Below, piece by piece: positions 25,070 to 37,346 of a DNA stretch of 64,000 bases. Location of the stretch: contig NC_058368.1 in NCBI RefSeq assembly GCF_018350175.1, positions 4,092,001 through 4,156,000 on the forward strand, read 5' to 3'. Positions within the stretch are counted from its first letter, which is position 1, and each line of letters starts with the position of its first letter. A model generated the notes under the pieces. That model had not been told where the DNA came from and did not search any database. It worked only from the letters and a program-made list of their open reading frames with translations. The position numbers and the translations under genes are program-made. The DNA is from Felis catus. Its lineage: Eukaryota.

Positions 25070-25560
25070 GGATAATCGAGTTCAAGATCATAGTGAACAT
25101 ATATCCACCTCCCATTCCTCCTGAAAGCCATAAAACGACAGCATAGACGCACGAAGAAGAACGTATTCACGCAACACGGAAAGCAAGGAAGAGGGGTATC
25201 GGTAGACCAGAAACTTCAACAAATTTCTGGAAGACAGAAAGCAGATGAACAGGAAACAAAGGAAGCTGGCGCCCAGAACTGTTGGAGACAGTGTCGGAGG
25301 GAGCCAGCCTCCCCTCTGGAGTCTTGGGCCTCAGAAATGGCAGATACAGTGAGCAGAAATGAAAAAGAGAGCAGAGAACCAGAGGAAATGATTGAATGTC
25401 TTCATAGACCTGTGCTAGTCTCCTCTCTTTCATACCCCATAACCCCTCCAGAGCATGTGGAAGGCCAACATCGTCCCTTCAAAGTACTAATAAAGGAAGT
25501 CTGCGTAAAAGAAACTGTACAAAACCCGGGAAGACGTAAACCTACTGTCGATACTTCATC
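25070..25560 (+). mobile_element. Possible HAL1/old L1 5' region
   Basis: Purine-rich CAACAAATTTCTGGAAGACAGAAAGCAGATG resembles ancient L1/HAL1 5' sequence; weak. Confidence 0.35.
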
Positions 25561-26294
25561 ACAGAGTATTCCTTCGGCATCAAAGAGCTAGGATGGACTC
25601 CAGTCCAAGTGCCCCATGCTGGGGCTTCTCAACCATCTGTGGTGAAGGACCCGTTCCTTTTCCTTCCTCCTGTTGTTTTTTAAAATACAATCGAAATAAA
25701 TTACTAGCAAAATAAATATTTATAAATAAATAAAAATTTAAAGGCAAAGATGTACAAAGTACAAACACAAATGTTTCAAAATCCAAGAGACACAAGATTG
25801 CATTTCAACATAATCAGAATAAACTTCAGAAAAAAGTAGAATTACAAAAATGGTACACGCTTATTGAAAGCGAGAAAATAGGCAACTAAATAGAGAATTA
25901 ATATTTAATAAGTTTTTGTCATTCTGGAGTCGTAACTAGAGTTATGAAAGAAATCGTGGTTAAAAAAAGGAAATTGTGATTGCCCATACAAAAAAATAGG
26001 GTCTGGGTCCAGCTTGTATGTCTAAAAGATAAATATAAAAAATGTATAAATTCATATAATTATTAAAAATATATATTCATATATGATATTTGTGTACACA
26101 TTACCATGGTAATGTATATGTGTGCATAATATATATGCATGTGTATATTTTAATGATTATATTAATGAGAGATTAATATCAAAAAACTAAATATAAATGA
26201 TGTTGATATGCTTACTGAATATGTATGCTGCATATCATACATAAGATTGAACCATAAAATTATATAATATACTTTGCTTCTTATAAAGAGGTAT

Positions 26295-26382
26295 ACTGCT
26301 ATTTGTCTCTTTAGGTCTGTTAACATTTGCTTTATGTATTTAGGTGCTTTTATATTGGGTGTATAAATGTCTATAAATATAT
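26295..26382 (-). mobile_element. Inverted LINE-1 ORF2 endonuclease segment
   Basis: Reverse strand encodes IFIDIYTPNIKAPKYIKQMLTDLKRQ, the L1 EN region. Confidence 0.85.
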
Positions 26383-28695
26383 ATTGTATAATATATTTTA
26401 TATATAAAGGAGAAACAAACAGAAATACGATAATAGTTAGAAACTTTAATGCCCGACTCTCAAAAATGGACAGATCGTCCAGACAGAGAATCAATATGGG
26501 AACAGCGGACCTGAAAAGCACTACAGACCAAACGGACACAGACATATACAGAACTTTGTACCCAACAACAGCAGAATACACATTCTTCTAAAGCACACAG
26601 GCAACATTTTCTAGGACAGATCCTATGTTAGGCCACAAAACTAGTCTTAGCCAATTCAAGAAGGTTGAAATAATACCAAGTGTTTTCTCTGAGCACAATG
26701 ATATGAAACAAAATCAATAAATAGCAGGAGAAGAATTGGAAAACACAGGAGTAGATGGAAATTAAACAGTGCTCTCCTAAACAACCAATGGATCAAAGAA
26801 GTAATTAAAGAGGAAACAAAAAAAAAATATCTTGACACAAATAAAACTGAAAATAAAAACAAACCATACCAAAATCTACAGGGTGCGGCAAAGGTTGTTC
26901 TAAGAGAGAAGTTCATAGCAATAAATGCCCACGTTAAAAGCCAAAAAAGATCTCAAATGAACAACCTAACCCCACACTTCAAGGAACTGAAAAAAGAAGA
27001 ACAAATTGAGCATGAATTTAGAAGAAGGAAGGAAATAATAAAGACTAGAGTGGAAATAAATGAAATAGAAAGTAGGAAAATAATAGAAGAGATTAACAAA
27101 ACTAAGAGTTGGTTCTTTGAAAAGTAAATAAAATGACAAGCTTTTAGCTAAACCAAGCAAGTAAAAAAAAAAAAAAAAAAAGAGAGGACCCAAATCAACA
27201 AAATTCTAAGTGAAAGAGGAGATATTACAACTGATACCACAGAAATACAAAGAATTAGAAGAAGTTACTGTGGACAACTATATACCAACAAACTGGACAA
27301 CCTAGAAGAAATGAAAAAATTCTTAGAAACATATGACCTACCAGACTGAGTCAGGAAGAAATAGAAGTTAACAGACCAACTACTAGTAAGGAGATTGAAT
27401 TAGTAACCAAAAATCTCCCAATAAAGGAAATCGTAGGAGACCAGATGGCATTACTGGTGGATTTTACCAAACATTCAAAGTAGAACTTATATCAAGCCTT
27501 CTCAAACTCTTCCAAAAAATCAAAGAGGAAGGAACACTGTGAAACTCGTTTTAGGAGGCCAGCGTTACCCTGATACCAAAGCCAGTAAAGAATGCTACCA
27601 GAAATGAAAATTACAGACCAGTATCCCTAATGAATATAGATGCAAAATTTCTCAATAAAATACTAGCAAACCAAATTCAGTAGCCCCTTAAACAAATTAT
27701 TAACCATGATCAAATGGGATTTATATCTGAGATGCAAGGATGATTCAACATATGCAGATCAATCAATGTGGTATATTAATACAATAAAAGAAAAATATAT
27801 GATCATTTTGATATCTGCAGGAAAAGCATTTCATAAAATTTACCATCCATTCATGATAAAAACTCTTAACAAATTAGTTATGAAGGAATATACCTCAACA
27901 TAATAAAGGCCGTATACAGCCCGTAGCTAACAACATAAAGGCTGAAAGTTTTTCCTTTAAGATCAAAACAAAGACAAAGGTGCCCATTCTCACCACCCCC
28001 ATTCACCATATTACTGAACGTCCTTGTCAGAGCAATAGGTAAGAAAAAGAAATAAAAGTCATGAGAATTGAAAAGGAAGAGGTAAAAGTATCTCTATTTC
28101 CAGATGACATGATTTCACATATAGAAAACCCTAAAGAGCCCACAATCTAATCAACAAATTCACTAAAACTGCAGGATACAAAATTACTATACAAAAATCA
28201 GTAGCATTTCTTTACATTAACAAATTATCTGAAAAAAATAAACTTATTTAAAATAACATCAAAAACAATAAAATGCTTGGGAATAAATGTAACAAAAGAA
28301 GTGAAAGAGCTTTATACCTAAAAGTACAAGATACTGATGAAAGGCATTAAAGGCGCTGAATAAGTGGAAAGAGATCCATGTTCATGGATTAGAAAAATTA
28401 GGTTGTTAAAATGTCTATGCTACTCAAAGCTATTCATAGATTCAACGTAATCCCTATCAAGATTCTGAGGGCATTTTTTACATAAGTAGAAAAAAATCCT
28501 GAAGTTTATATGGAATTACAAAAGACCCCAAATAGCCAAAGCAATCCTGAGAAAGAAGAACAAAGCAGGAGGCATCACACTTCCTGATTTCAAGCTATAT
28601 TATAAAGCTATTGTAATCAAAACAGTACAGCAATTGCATAAAAACAGACACATGGACCATTAGAACAGAATCAACCCAGAGATAAACTCATAGAT

Positions 28696-29384
28696 GGCTA
28701 AAATGAACAAATCAGGAAAACAACAGGTGCTGGTGAGGATGTGGAGAAAAGCGAACGCTCTTGCACTGTTGGTGGGAATGCAAACTGGTGCAGCCGCTCT
28801 GGAAAACAGTGTGGAGGTTCCTCAAAATATTAAAAATAGATCTACCCTATGACCCAGCAGTAGCACTGCTAGGAATTTACCCAAAGGATATCAGAGTGCT
28901 GATACATAGGGCACTTGTACCCCACTGTTTATAGCAGCACTTTCAACAATAGTCAGATTATGGAAAGAGCCTAAATGTCCCTCAACTGATGAATGGATAA
29001 AGAAAATGTGGTTTATATATACAATGGAATACTACTTGGCAATGAGAAAGAATGAAATCCTGCCATTTGCAGCAATGTAGATGGAACTGTAGGGTATTAT
29101 GCTAAGTGAAATAAGCCAGGCAGAGAAAGACAGATACCATATGTTTTCACTCATATGTGGATCTTGAGAAATTTAACAGAAGACCATGGGGGAGGGGGGA
29201 AAAGTTACAGAGAGGGAGGGAGGCCGAACATAAGAGACTCTTAAGGACTGAAAACAAACTAAGGGTAGACGGGGAGTGAGGGAGAGGGGAAAGTGAGTGA
29301 TAGGCAAGGAGGAGGACACTTGTTGGGATGAGCACTGGGTGTTGTATGGAAACCAATTTGACAATAAACTATATTGAAAAAAAA
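28696..29384 (+). mobile_element. 5'-truncated felid-type L1 3' end nested in the older L1
   Basis: 3' UTR GATGAGCACTGGGTGTTGTATGGAAACCAATTTGACAATAAA plus poly(A); TSD AGA(G/A)ATAAACTCATAGAT at 28678-28695 and 29385-29402. Confidence 0.93.
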
Positions 29385-29867
29385 AGAAATAAACTCATAG
29401 ATATACAGTTGTCACGATCCCTTGACAAGGGAGCCAAGAATATTCAATGGAGAAAAGACAGTCTCTTTAATACATAGGGCTATAATTTGGATATTCACAT
29501 GTAAAAGAATGAAACTAGATCCCTATCATATAACTTAAATTCAGACTTAAATGTCTGAAACCATAAAACTCCTAAAAGAAAATAGGGGATAGATCTTTGA
29601 TATTGGTCTTGGCATTTGGATTTGATACCAAAATCAAAGGCAATAAAAGCAAAAATAAGTATGTGGAACTGTGTCAAACTAAAAAGCTTCTGCACAACAA
29701 AGAAAGTGATCAACAAATGAAAAGGCAACCTAGAGAATGCAAAAAATATTTGCAAATCATGTATCTGACAAGGGGTTAATATCCAAAATGTATTAGGAAT
29801 TCATACAATATAAAGAACTCCTACACAATAGCAAAAAATTAACCCAATTAAAAAATGGGCAAAGATC

Positions 29868-32289
29868 CACAGCTAATATCATTCTCAGTGTGGAAAAACT
29901 GAGAGCCTTTCCCCTACGGTTGGGAACAAGACAAGGACGCCCACTCTCACCATTACTATTTAACATAGTACTAGAAGTCTTAGCCTCAGCAATCAAAGAA
30001 CAAAAAGAAATAAAGGGCATACAAATTGGCAAGGAAAAAGTCAAACTTTCATTATTTGCACATGGACATAATGTTCTATGGAATAGAATAGGAATTCTAT
30101 TGAATTCTATTGAAAAGACTCCACAAAAAATTCATCACTAATACATGAATGCAGCAAAGTACAGGATATACAATAATCAACATGCAGAAATCTGTTGCAT
30201 TTCTATACACCAATAAGAGGCAGCAGAAAAAGAAATCAAGTAATCCTATTTACAACTGCACCAAAAACAATAAGATACCTAGGAATAAACCTAACTAAGG
30301 AAGTAAAAGATCTATACTCTGAAAACTATAGAAGCCTTATAAAAGGAATGAAGAAGGAACAAAGAAATGGAAAAGCATCCCATGCTCATCGATTGGAAGA
30401 ACAAACATTGTCAAAATGCCTACACTACTCAAAGCAGTCTACACATTCAATGCAATCCCTATCAAAACGCCCCCAGCATTCTTTGCAGAAATAGAACAAA
30501 AAATAATCCTAAAATTTGTATGGAACCAGAAAAGGCCCTAAATAGTCAATGCAATTCTGAAAAGAAAAACAAAGCTGGAGGCATCACGGTTCCAGATTTT
30601 AAGTTATATTACAAAGCTGTCGTCATCAAGACAGTATGGTACTGGCACAAAAAAACAGACATATAGATCAATGGGAAAGAATAGAAAACCCAGAAACGGA
30701 CTCAAAACTAGGACCTGACTCTTTGTCAACTCATCTTCAACAAAGCAGGAAAGAATATTCGATGTAAAAAAAAGACGGTCTCTTCAACAAATGGTGTTGG
30801 ACGGGGACATGCAGAAGAATGAAACTGGACCACTTTCTTACACGTGGATCAAAGACCTAAATGTGAGACAGGAAACCATAAAAATCCTAGGGGAGAACAC
30901 AGGCAGCAACATCTTTGATCTTGGCCAGAGCAACTGCTTACTAGACACGTCACTGAAGGCAAGGGAAACATAAGCAAACTGAATTGGGACTCCATCAAGA
31001 CAAAAAGCTTTTGCTTTCCAGTGAAGGAAGCCATCGACAAAACTTAAAGACATCCTATGGAATGGGAGAAGATATTCGCAAATGACATATCGGATAAAGG
31101 GTTAGTAATGAAAATCTATAAAGAACTCTCAAACTCCCCCACCCCGCCACAGAAAAACCAAACAACCCAGTCAAGAAATGGGCAGAAGACATGAATAGAC
31201 ACTTTCCAAAGAAGACATCCAGATGGCCGACAGACACATGAAAAGATGCTCAACATCACTCACCATCAGGGAAAAAACAAATCCAAACCACAATGAGATA
31301 CTACCTCACACCTGTCAGAATAGCTAAAATTAACAACACAAGAAACAACAGGCATCGCAGAGGCTGTGGAGAAGGGGGAACCCTCTTGCACTGTTGGTAG
31401 GAATGCAAACTGATGAAGTCACTCTGGAGAACAGTATGGAGTTTCCTCAAGAAACTAAAAATAGAACTCTACCCTATGATCCAGCAATTGCACTATTAGG
31501 TATTTACCCAAAGAAGACAAAAATATAGATTTGAAGGGATACATGCACCCCTATGTTTATAGCAGCATTATCAACAATAACCACTTTGGGGAGAGCCCAA
31601 ATGCCCATCAACTAATGAATGGATAAAGAAGATGTGGTGTATATATATACATGATGGCCATCAAAAAGAATGAAATCTTGCCACTTGCAACAAGGTGGAT
31701 GGAGCTAGAAAGTACCATGCTAAGTGAAATAAGTCAATCAGAGAAAGACAAATACCATATGATTTCACTCATGTGGAATTTAAGAAACAAAATAGATAAG
31801 CACACAGGAAGGGGGGAAGGAGAAGAGAGGGAAACAAACCACAAGAGACTCTTAATGAGAGAGAACAAACTGAGAGCTGATGGGGGGAAGTGGGTGGGAG
31901 ATGGGTATTAAAATGGACACTTGTTGTGATGAGCTCTGAGTATCGTATGTAAGTGATGACTCACTGAATCCTACTCCTGAAACCAATATTACACTGTATG
32001 TTCACTACAATTTAAATTTTTTAAAAAGTCCTACAAAAAGGAAGAAGAACTGGGGTGCCTGGGTGGCTCTGTTGGTTAAGCGTCCAACTCTTGGTTTGGC
32101 CCAGTTCATGATCTCACGGTTCGTGAGTTTGAGCTCCGCATCGGGCTCTGAGCTGATAATGTGCACCCTGCTTGGCATTTCTCTCTCCTTCTCTCTCTGC
32201 TCCTCCCCAGCTTGCTCTCTCTCCCTCTCTGTCAAAAAATAAATAAATAAATATTTTTAAAAAGGGAGAAGAAGTAATAATTATTTTTT
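29868..32289 (+). mobile_element. 5'-truncated carnivore L1 (RT to 3' UTR) nested in the older L1
   Basis: [31 protein letters not shown]; 3' end CTACTCCTGAAACCAATATTACACTGTATGTT; degenerate TSD AAAATGG(G/A)CAAAG(G)ATC. Confidence 0.9.
32052..32258 (+). mobile_element. Can-SINE in the L1 tail
   Basis: SINE body; flanks AAAAGG(A/G)AGAAGAA. Confidence 0.93.
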
Positions 32290-32619
32290 AGAAAATGGAC
32301 AAAGGATCTGAATAGACATTTTTCCAAAGAATATATGTGAATGGCCAACAGATATTCAAGACCACAATCCCCTCTACACCCCAGAAAAAATTTTCCTTAA
32401 TGGTATTCCAATGCTGACTATAAGTTGGGGAGGAAATACAATCCTAAAGACAGAAAGCAGAAGCTGGGTTAGTATTTGATGAAAAATTAAAACTAACTAT
32501 TGCTATAGAACTTCCATTATATTCATGATGTGGAAGATTGGGAAAGACACTTGTGCTTCTGTAGTTTGAAAAGTTTATAAACTCCAAACGGGTATATAAC
32601 TATAAAATGATTTAAAGCA

Positions 32620-33945
32620 GACATCATACACTATGGAAAAACACGAAAAGCAGTTCCTTTAAAGTCAAGAAAAATGTAAGAATGGCCATGATCACCATTT
32701 GAATTCACCACTGTAACAGATATCCTAACTTGTTCAATTAGATAATGGACATAAGATACAAGGCATATTTTAATAATGTTATTTTTATAGATATTACAAA
32801 TATAACTCTATAATTACAAGAACAACTACAAACAACTAAAACTTGTAAGAATTCAGCAAAGTTGCTTAGAGCACATAGTGATAAAAAGCTACCTTACTGT
32901 ACAATCAGCTGCAAAATGTAACATTTTAAAAGCCCATTCACAAAGACAGAAAGCATCGCTTGTGATGAAATAGAAAAGAAATACAAGATGTATATAGAGA
33001 AATGTATAAAACTCTATTGTAGGACCTGAAAAATATCATTGGTGTATAGGTTCCTTATTTAAAAATTAAAAATAATAGGGGCACCTGGGTGGCTCAGTCG
33101 GTTGAGTGTCCGATTTCGGCTCAGGTCATGATTTCATGGTTCATGAGTTCGAGCCCCACGTCAGGCTCTGTGCTGACAGCTCAGAGCCTGGAGCCTGCTT
33201 CCGATTCTGTGTCTCCCTCTCTCTCTGCCTCTCCACCTCTTGTTCTCCCTCTCCCTCTCCCTCCCTCCCTCTCTCTCAAAAATAAACATTAAAAAATTAT
33301 AAAAAACTAAAATTAAAAATAATAAAATATTTCTTCCCCAAAATAAAATTTACATGTGATGCCAATGAAATTTACAACATGTTTTTTCACTACACTTGCC
33401 TATTCCCGGAATTGAGACAGAAGGATAAAGAACACAGAGCCAACATTAGCCAAAGCAATTTGGAAGGAGGAATGGAAGGAATGGATTCATTCAGTTTGCA
33501 ATCTATCAGGACTTATAAGTAGAACCATTAAATTATGGTGTACTACTTGTATGAGGATAATGAACAGAACAGTGAAATAAAAGAAAATCGGGAAATCCAT
33601 CCATGCATTCATGAAGGCCCTATACGTAGCAGAGTTAAAATTTCAATTCAATGTGGAAACAATGGATCGATTATTCTACACACAATGTCAGGACAACTGG
33701 TTACCAGTATGGAAAAAATAAAATGTCAGTGAAATTTACTCCACATCTAATTTAATTTCTATACTATGCAAAATTCGTGAAAAGAGACTTTTAAAATACT
33801 AAAAGTGCATAGGAAAATATCTTTATTTCTTCAATAGCAGAGAATGAGAGTTTAAACAATGCAAAAACCAAAGGCATACACACATGCAATGAAACCAAAA
33901 GAAAAAATTGGTAATTTTATCACATCAAAATGAAAACATATTATC
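32620..33945 (+). mobile_element. Ancient LINE-1 ORF2 remnant (L1ME-like)
   Basis: GCAGTTCCTTTAAAGTCAAGAAAAATGTAAGAATGGCC, GAATTCAGCAAAGTTGC, TAGCCAAAGCAATTTGGAAG; heavily degenerate. Confidence 0.65.
33078..33308 (+). mobile_element. Can-SINE
   Basis: TSD AAAATTAAAAATAATA. Confidence 0.95.
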
Positions 33946-34011
33946 TTGGTAAGGAGCTCCTGAGACAGTCGCTTTCCCGAAGCTTGGGTCCTTCATGCAA
34001 ATTCCTCCTTC

Positions 34012-34230
34012 CTTTTTTCTTAATTTTTTTTTAATGTTTATTTATTTTTGAGAGAGAGAGAGAATGAGGGGAGGAGAGGGGCAGAGAGAGAGGGAGACAC
34101 AGAATCCCAAGCAGGCTCCAGGCTCCGAGCTGTCAGCACAGAGCCCAACTCAGGCCTCGAACTCACAAACTGTGAGATCATGACCTGAGCTGAAGTCGGG
34201 CGCTTAACTGACAGAACCAGCCAGGCACCC
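34012..34230 (-). mobile_element. Can-SINE
   Basis: Perfect TSD TGCAAATTCCTCCTTC at 33996-34011 and 34232-34247. Confidence 0.95.
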
Positions 34231-34837
34231 TTGCAAATTCCTCCTTCTAAAAAATATTTACTTTGTTTGGTCACTGCACTGTCCCTTGAAATTAAAGACT
34301 AAAACTATTAAGTACAAAAAAGGGTGATGAAAACTACTGACAATAAACCAACTGAGTTGAGGTATCCATTTGAAAACATGGGCCAAGGCCCCGAATAGAC
34401 ATTTTTCCAAAATTATATGAACAGCCAACAAGCACATGGAAAGGGGCTCCGCATCACTGATCATTAGGGGAATGCAAATCAAAGCTACGGCGAGATATCA
34501 CTTCACACCTGTTAGAACAGTTACTACCAAAAGGACAAAAGAAAACAAATGTTGGGGAGGATGTTGAAGAAAGGGAACCCCATGGATGCACTGTTGGTGA
34601 GAATGTAAATTGGGGAGAATGTAAATCTCTCTCTGCCCCTCTCCCATTTGCAGTTTCTCTCTCACCATGGAGGTGATGGAGGTTCCTCGAAATTGAAAAA
34701 TAGAATTACCATATGATCCAGAAATTCCACTTCTGGGTGTACATCCAAAAGAAAGGAAATCATTATCCCAAAGAGACAGCTGCACCTCCAAGATCACTGC
34801 GTTATTATTTATAACAGCCAAGTCATGGAAACAACCT

Positions 34838-34840
<3 letters not shown>

Positions 34841-34884
<44 letters not shown>
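34841..34884 (+). repeat. (CA)n microsatellite
   Basis: About 22 CA units. Confidence 0.98.
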
Positions 34885-34886
<2 letters not shown>

Positions 34887-35192
34887 AATATTACTCAGCC
34901 ATATCAAAGAAGGAAATTCTGCCATTGGAAACAACATGGATAGACTTTAGGGCATTATGCTGAGCGAAATAAGTCAGAGAAAGACAAATATCGTATGATC
35001 TCACTAATGTGTGGAATCTAAAAAAGAAAGAAAGACAAAAAACAAACGCAGATAAGAGGAGACCAGACTTGTGTTTACCACAGGCAGGGAGTGGTGGAGT
35101 AGGGTGCAGAAATTAGATGAAGGTGGTCAAAAATTTACAACTTCCAGTTCTAAGATGGTTAACACTGATGTATGATATATTAATAAGTTCTT

Positions 35193-35400
35193 TTTTTTTA
35201 AATAAGCTTTAAGCCCCACATGGGGCTTGAACTCACAACTCCAAGATCAAGAGCTGTGAGCTTTACCAACTGAGCCAGCCAGGCACTCCTTTTAACTTAA
35301 AAAACATTTGAATAAAACTCTACCCCCGACGTGGGGCTGGAACTCACAAGCCCGAGATCAAGGGTTGTCTTTTCCACTGACTGAGCCAGCCAGGCACCCC
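35193..35400 (-). mobile_element. Two tandem short tRNA-Lys-like carnivore SINEs
   Basis: Each reads GG(A/G)GTGCCTGGCTGGCTCAGT...CTTGATCT...GTGAGTTC(A/C)AGCCCCA on the minus strand and lacks the CT tract; ATAAGTTCTT flanks the pair. Confidence 0.85.
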
Positions 35401-35523
35401 TAGCATAAGTTCTTAAGAGAACAGATCCGAAGAGTTCTCACCACAAAAGAGAAAAAAATAGTTTTTTCTTGTATCTGTACAAAATGAAGGGTGTTAACTA
35501 AATTTATCATAGTGATCATTTTA

Positions 35524-35735
35524 TTTTATTTTTTTAATGTTTATTTTTGAGACAGAGAGAGACACAGCATGAGCAGGGAAGGGGCAGAGAGAGAAGGAGA
35601 CACAGAATGTGAAGCAGGCTCCAGGCTCTGAGTTGTTAGCACAGAGCCCGACGCGGGGCTCGAATTCACGAACTGTGAGATCATAACCTGAGCCGAAGTC
35701 GGACGCTTAACCGACTCAGCCACCCAGGCACCCCC
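35524..35735 (-). mobile_element. Can-SINE
   Basis: TSD TAGTGATCATTTTA. Confidence 0.95.
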
Positions 35736-36709
35736 GTAGTGATCATTTTACAACACATTCAAGTCAAGTCATTTTGCTCTACACCTCAAACTTAGTGCCG
35801 TCTGTCGATTTTATCTTGATAAAACAGGGAAGGGAGGGTTAATCAAGAGAAGTTTGAAAAAATAAAATAAACGTGTTTGAAAAAAGAAATCCATAGTCTA
35901 CTGATCTATATTCTATCGTAATCTCCTTAATGTGGGTAAAATATTTTCCTGCCAGTGCAGCAGTCATCAAAATACACTCCTATGTAAAATTTAAGTGCAA
36001 AACCACACTTGCTAACATTAAGCACGCCAGCTTGGGTTTCTCAGCAACGTGCTAAAATATCACAAAAGTGTGCGAGCAGTCTGAATGTTCATCCTGACCT
36101 CACTGCAATGAAAAAAAGGAGGATTTCATTTGGTTAGCATGATGGAGAGGCAGATAGATTCTAGGTTATAGCAAAGGTATATTATGCTTTTTCCAAGAAG
36201 GATAAAAATAATTTCAAACTCTAGGGGAAAACAAATGAAAAGGTATACAGGAATGGCCCAATGTAACAATCATACTATGATAAGCTTTTGAGCATTTAAT
36301 GCAGGAACAGAAAGAGAATTTATGTGACTCTCATGGGCACGCTCTCCCGGAGCATCACCACCGCTCTGCCCTGGACACAATGGGAAGGAAACCTCACGCG
36401 GGCAGTCTACCCAGATTCGCACTGAGCAATATTTACAAATTCCTAACGGTTGCCCTTAGCTTTCTACTTTTGGAAGCAACCTATAAACATCAAAACTTTA
36501 TAGTTCAAAAGATACAAGCTGAAATATCATCAGCCTTCACAGTAGTGAAATTAAGTCTTAACTGTCAGAAGTTGCCTGTGAACAAGGGTGAGGGAAATGA
36601 GAGAAGATCATGACGCGCTTTATATGGGGACAAGGGCATCAAATGACATTGACAAAAGTGGACAAGAAAAAAATTTAAAAGGGGTATATTGCTTAAAATG
36701 ACAAAAATA

Positions 36710-36927
36710 GGGGCGCCTGGGTGGCACAGTCCGTTAAGCGTCCAACTTCAGCCAGGTCACGATCTCGCAGTCCGTGGGTTCGAGCCCCGCGTCAGGCTCT
36801 GGGCTGATGGCTCGGAGCCTGGAGCCTGTTTCCGATTCTGTGTCTCCCTCTCTCTCTGCCCCTCCCCCGTTCATGCTCTGTCTCTCTCTGTCCCAAAAAT
36901 AAATTTAAAACGTTGAAAAAAAATTTT
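36710..36927 (+). mobile_element. Young felid Can-SINE
   Basis: CAGCCAGGTCACGATCTCG variant; TSD AAATGACAAAAATA. Confidence 0.96.
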
Positions 36928-37079
36928 AAATGACAAAAATAACCAACATAAGACTTTTAAAAATAGTATATTATTGTCAAAAATTGGCAGACATGGGAGT
37001 GGGGGAAGGCAGTTCTATAAGTAAGGTAAATCTTTTGTATGAGAAAATTATTAAATATAGTCTTAAATTGATTGGTCAC

Positions 37080-37335
37080 TTCCATTTCTATGAAATGTCC
37101 AGAAGAAGGACATGTACAGAGACAGAAAAATAAAATAGGAATTGCCTGGGGCTGGAACTGACCACGTGAAGTGACTGCACATGTCTAGGACGGATCTTTT
37201 GGGTGTGATAGAAATGTTCTAAAATTAGACTGTCATGATTCATGCAATCCTGTAAATTTACTAAAATTCATTTCGTTGTACATTCAAAATAAGTGAATTT
37301 GTATGTACATTATACATCAATAAAATTGTGTTTAA
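37080..37335 (+). mobile_element. L1MB-like 3' end
   Basis: TCCATTTCTATGAAATGTCCAGAA...GATAGAAATGTTCTAAAATTAGA...TACATCAATAAA. Confidence 0.8.
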
Positions 37336-37346
37336 AAGAAGAATTG

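Larger units (their letters stand above)
26406..32360 (+). mobile_element. 5'-truncated decayed LINE-1 ORF2 (host of two nested L1s)
   Basis: KGETNRNTIIVRNFN...YPTTAEYTFF and RT region; resumes at 29403 and 32290 after the inserts. Confidence 0.88.
34370..35825 (+). mobile_element. L1MA9/L1_Carn-like 3' portion
   Basis: ORF2 C-terminus (GAGATATCACTTCACACCTGTTAGAA) and 3' UTR (GAAGGTGGTCAAAA...AGAGTTCTCACCACAA), interrupted by SINEs and (CA)n. Confidence 0.85.

Noticed and set aside
35193..35400. tRNA-Lys genes
   Set aside because: SINE-type 5' extension, mutated stems, A-rich tails and a TSD indicate retroposed SINEs
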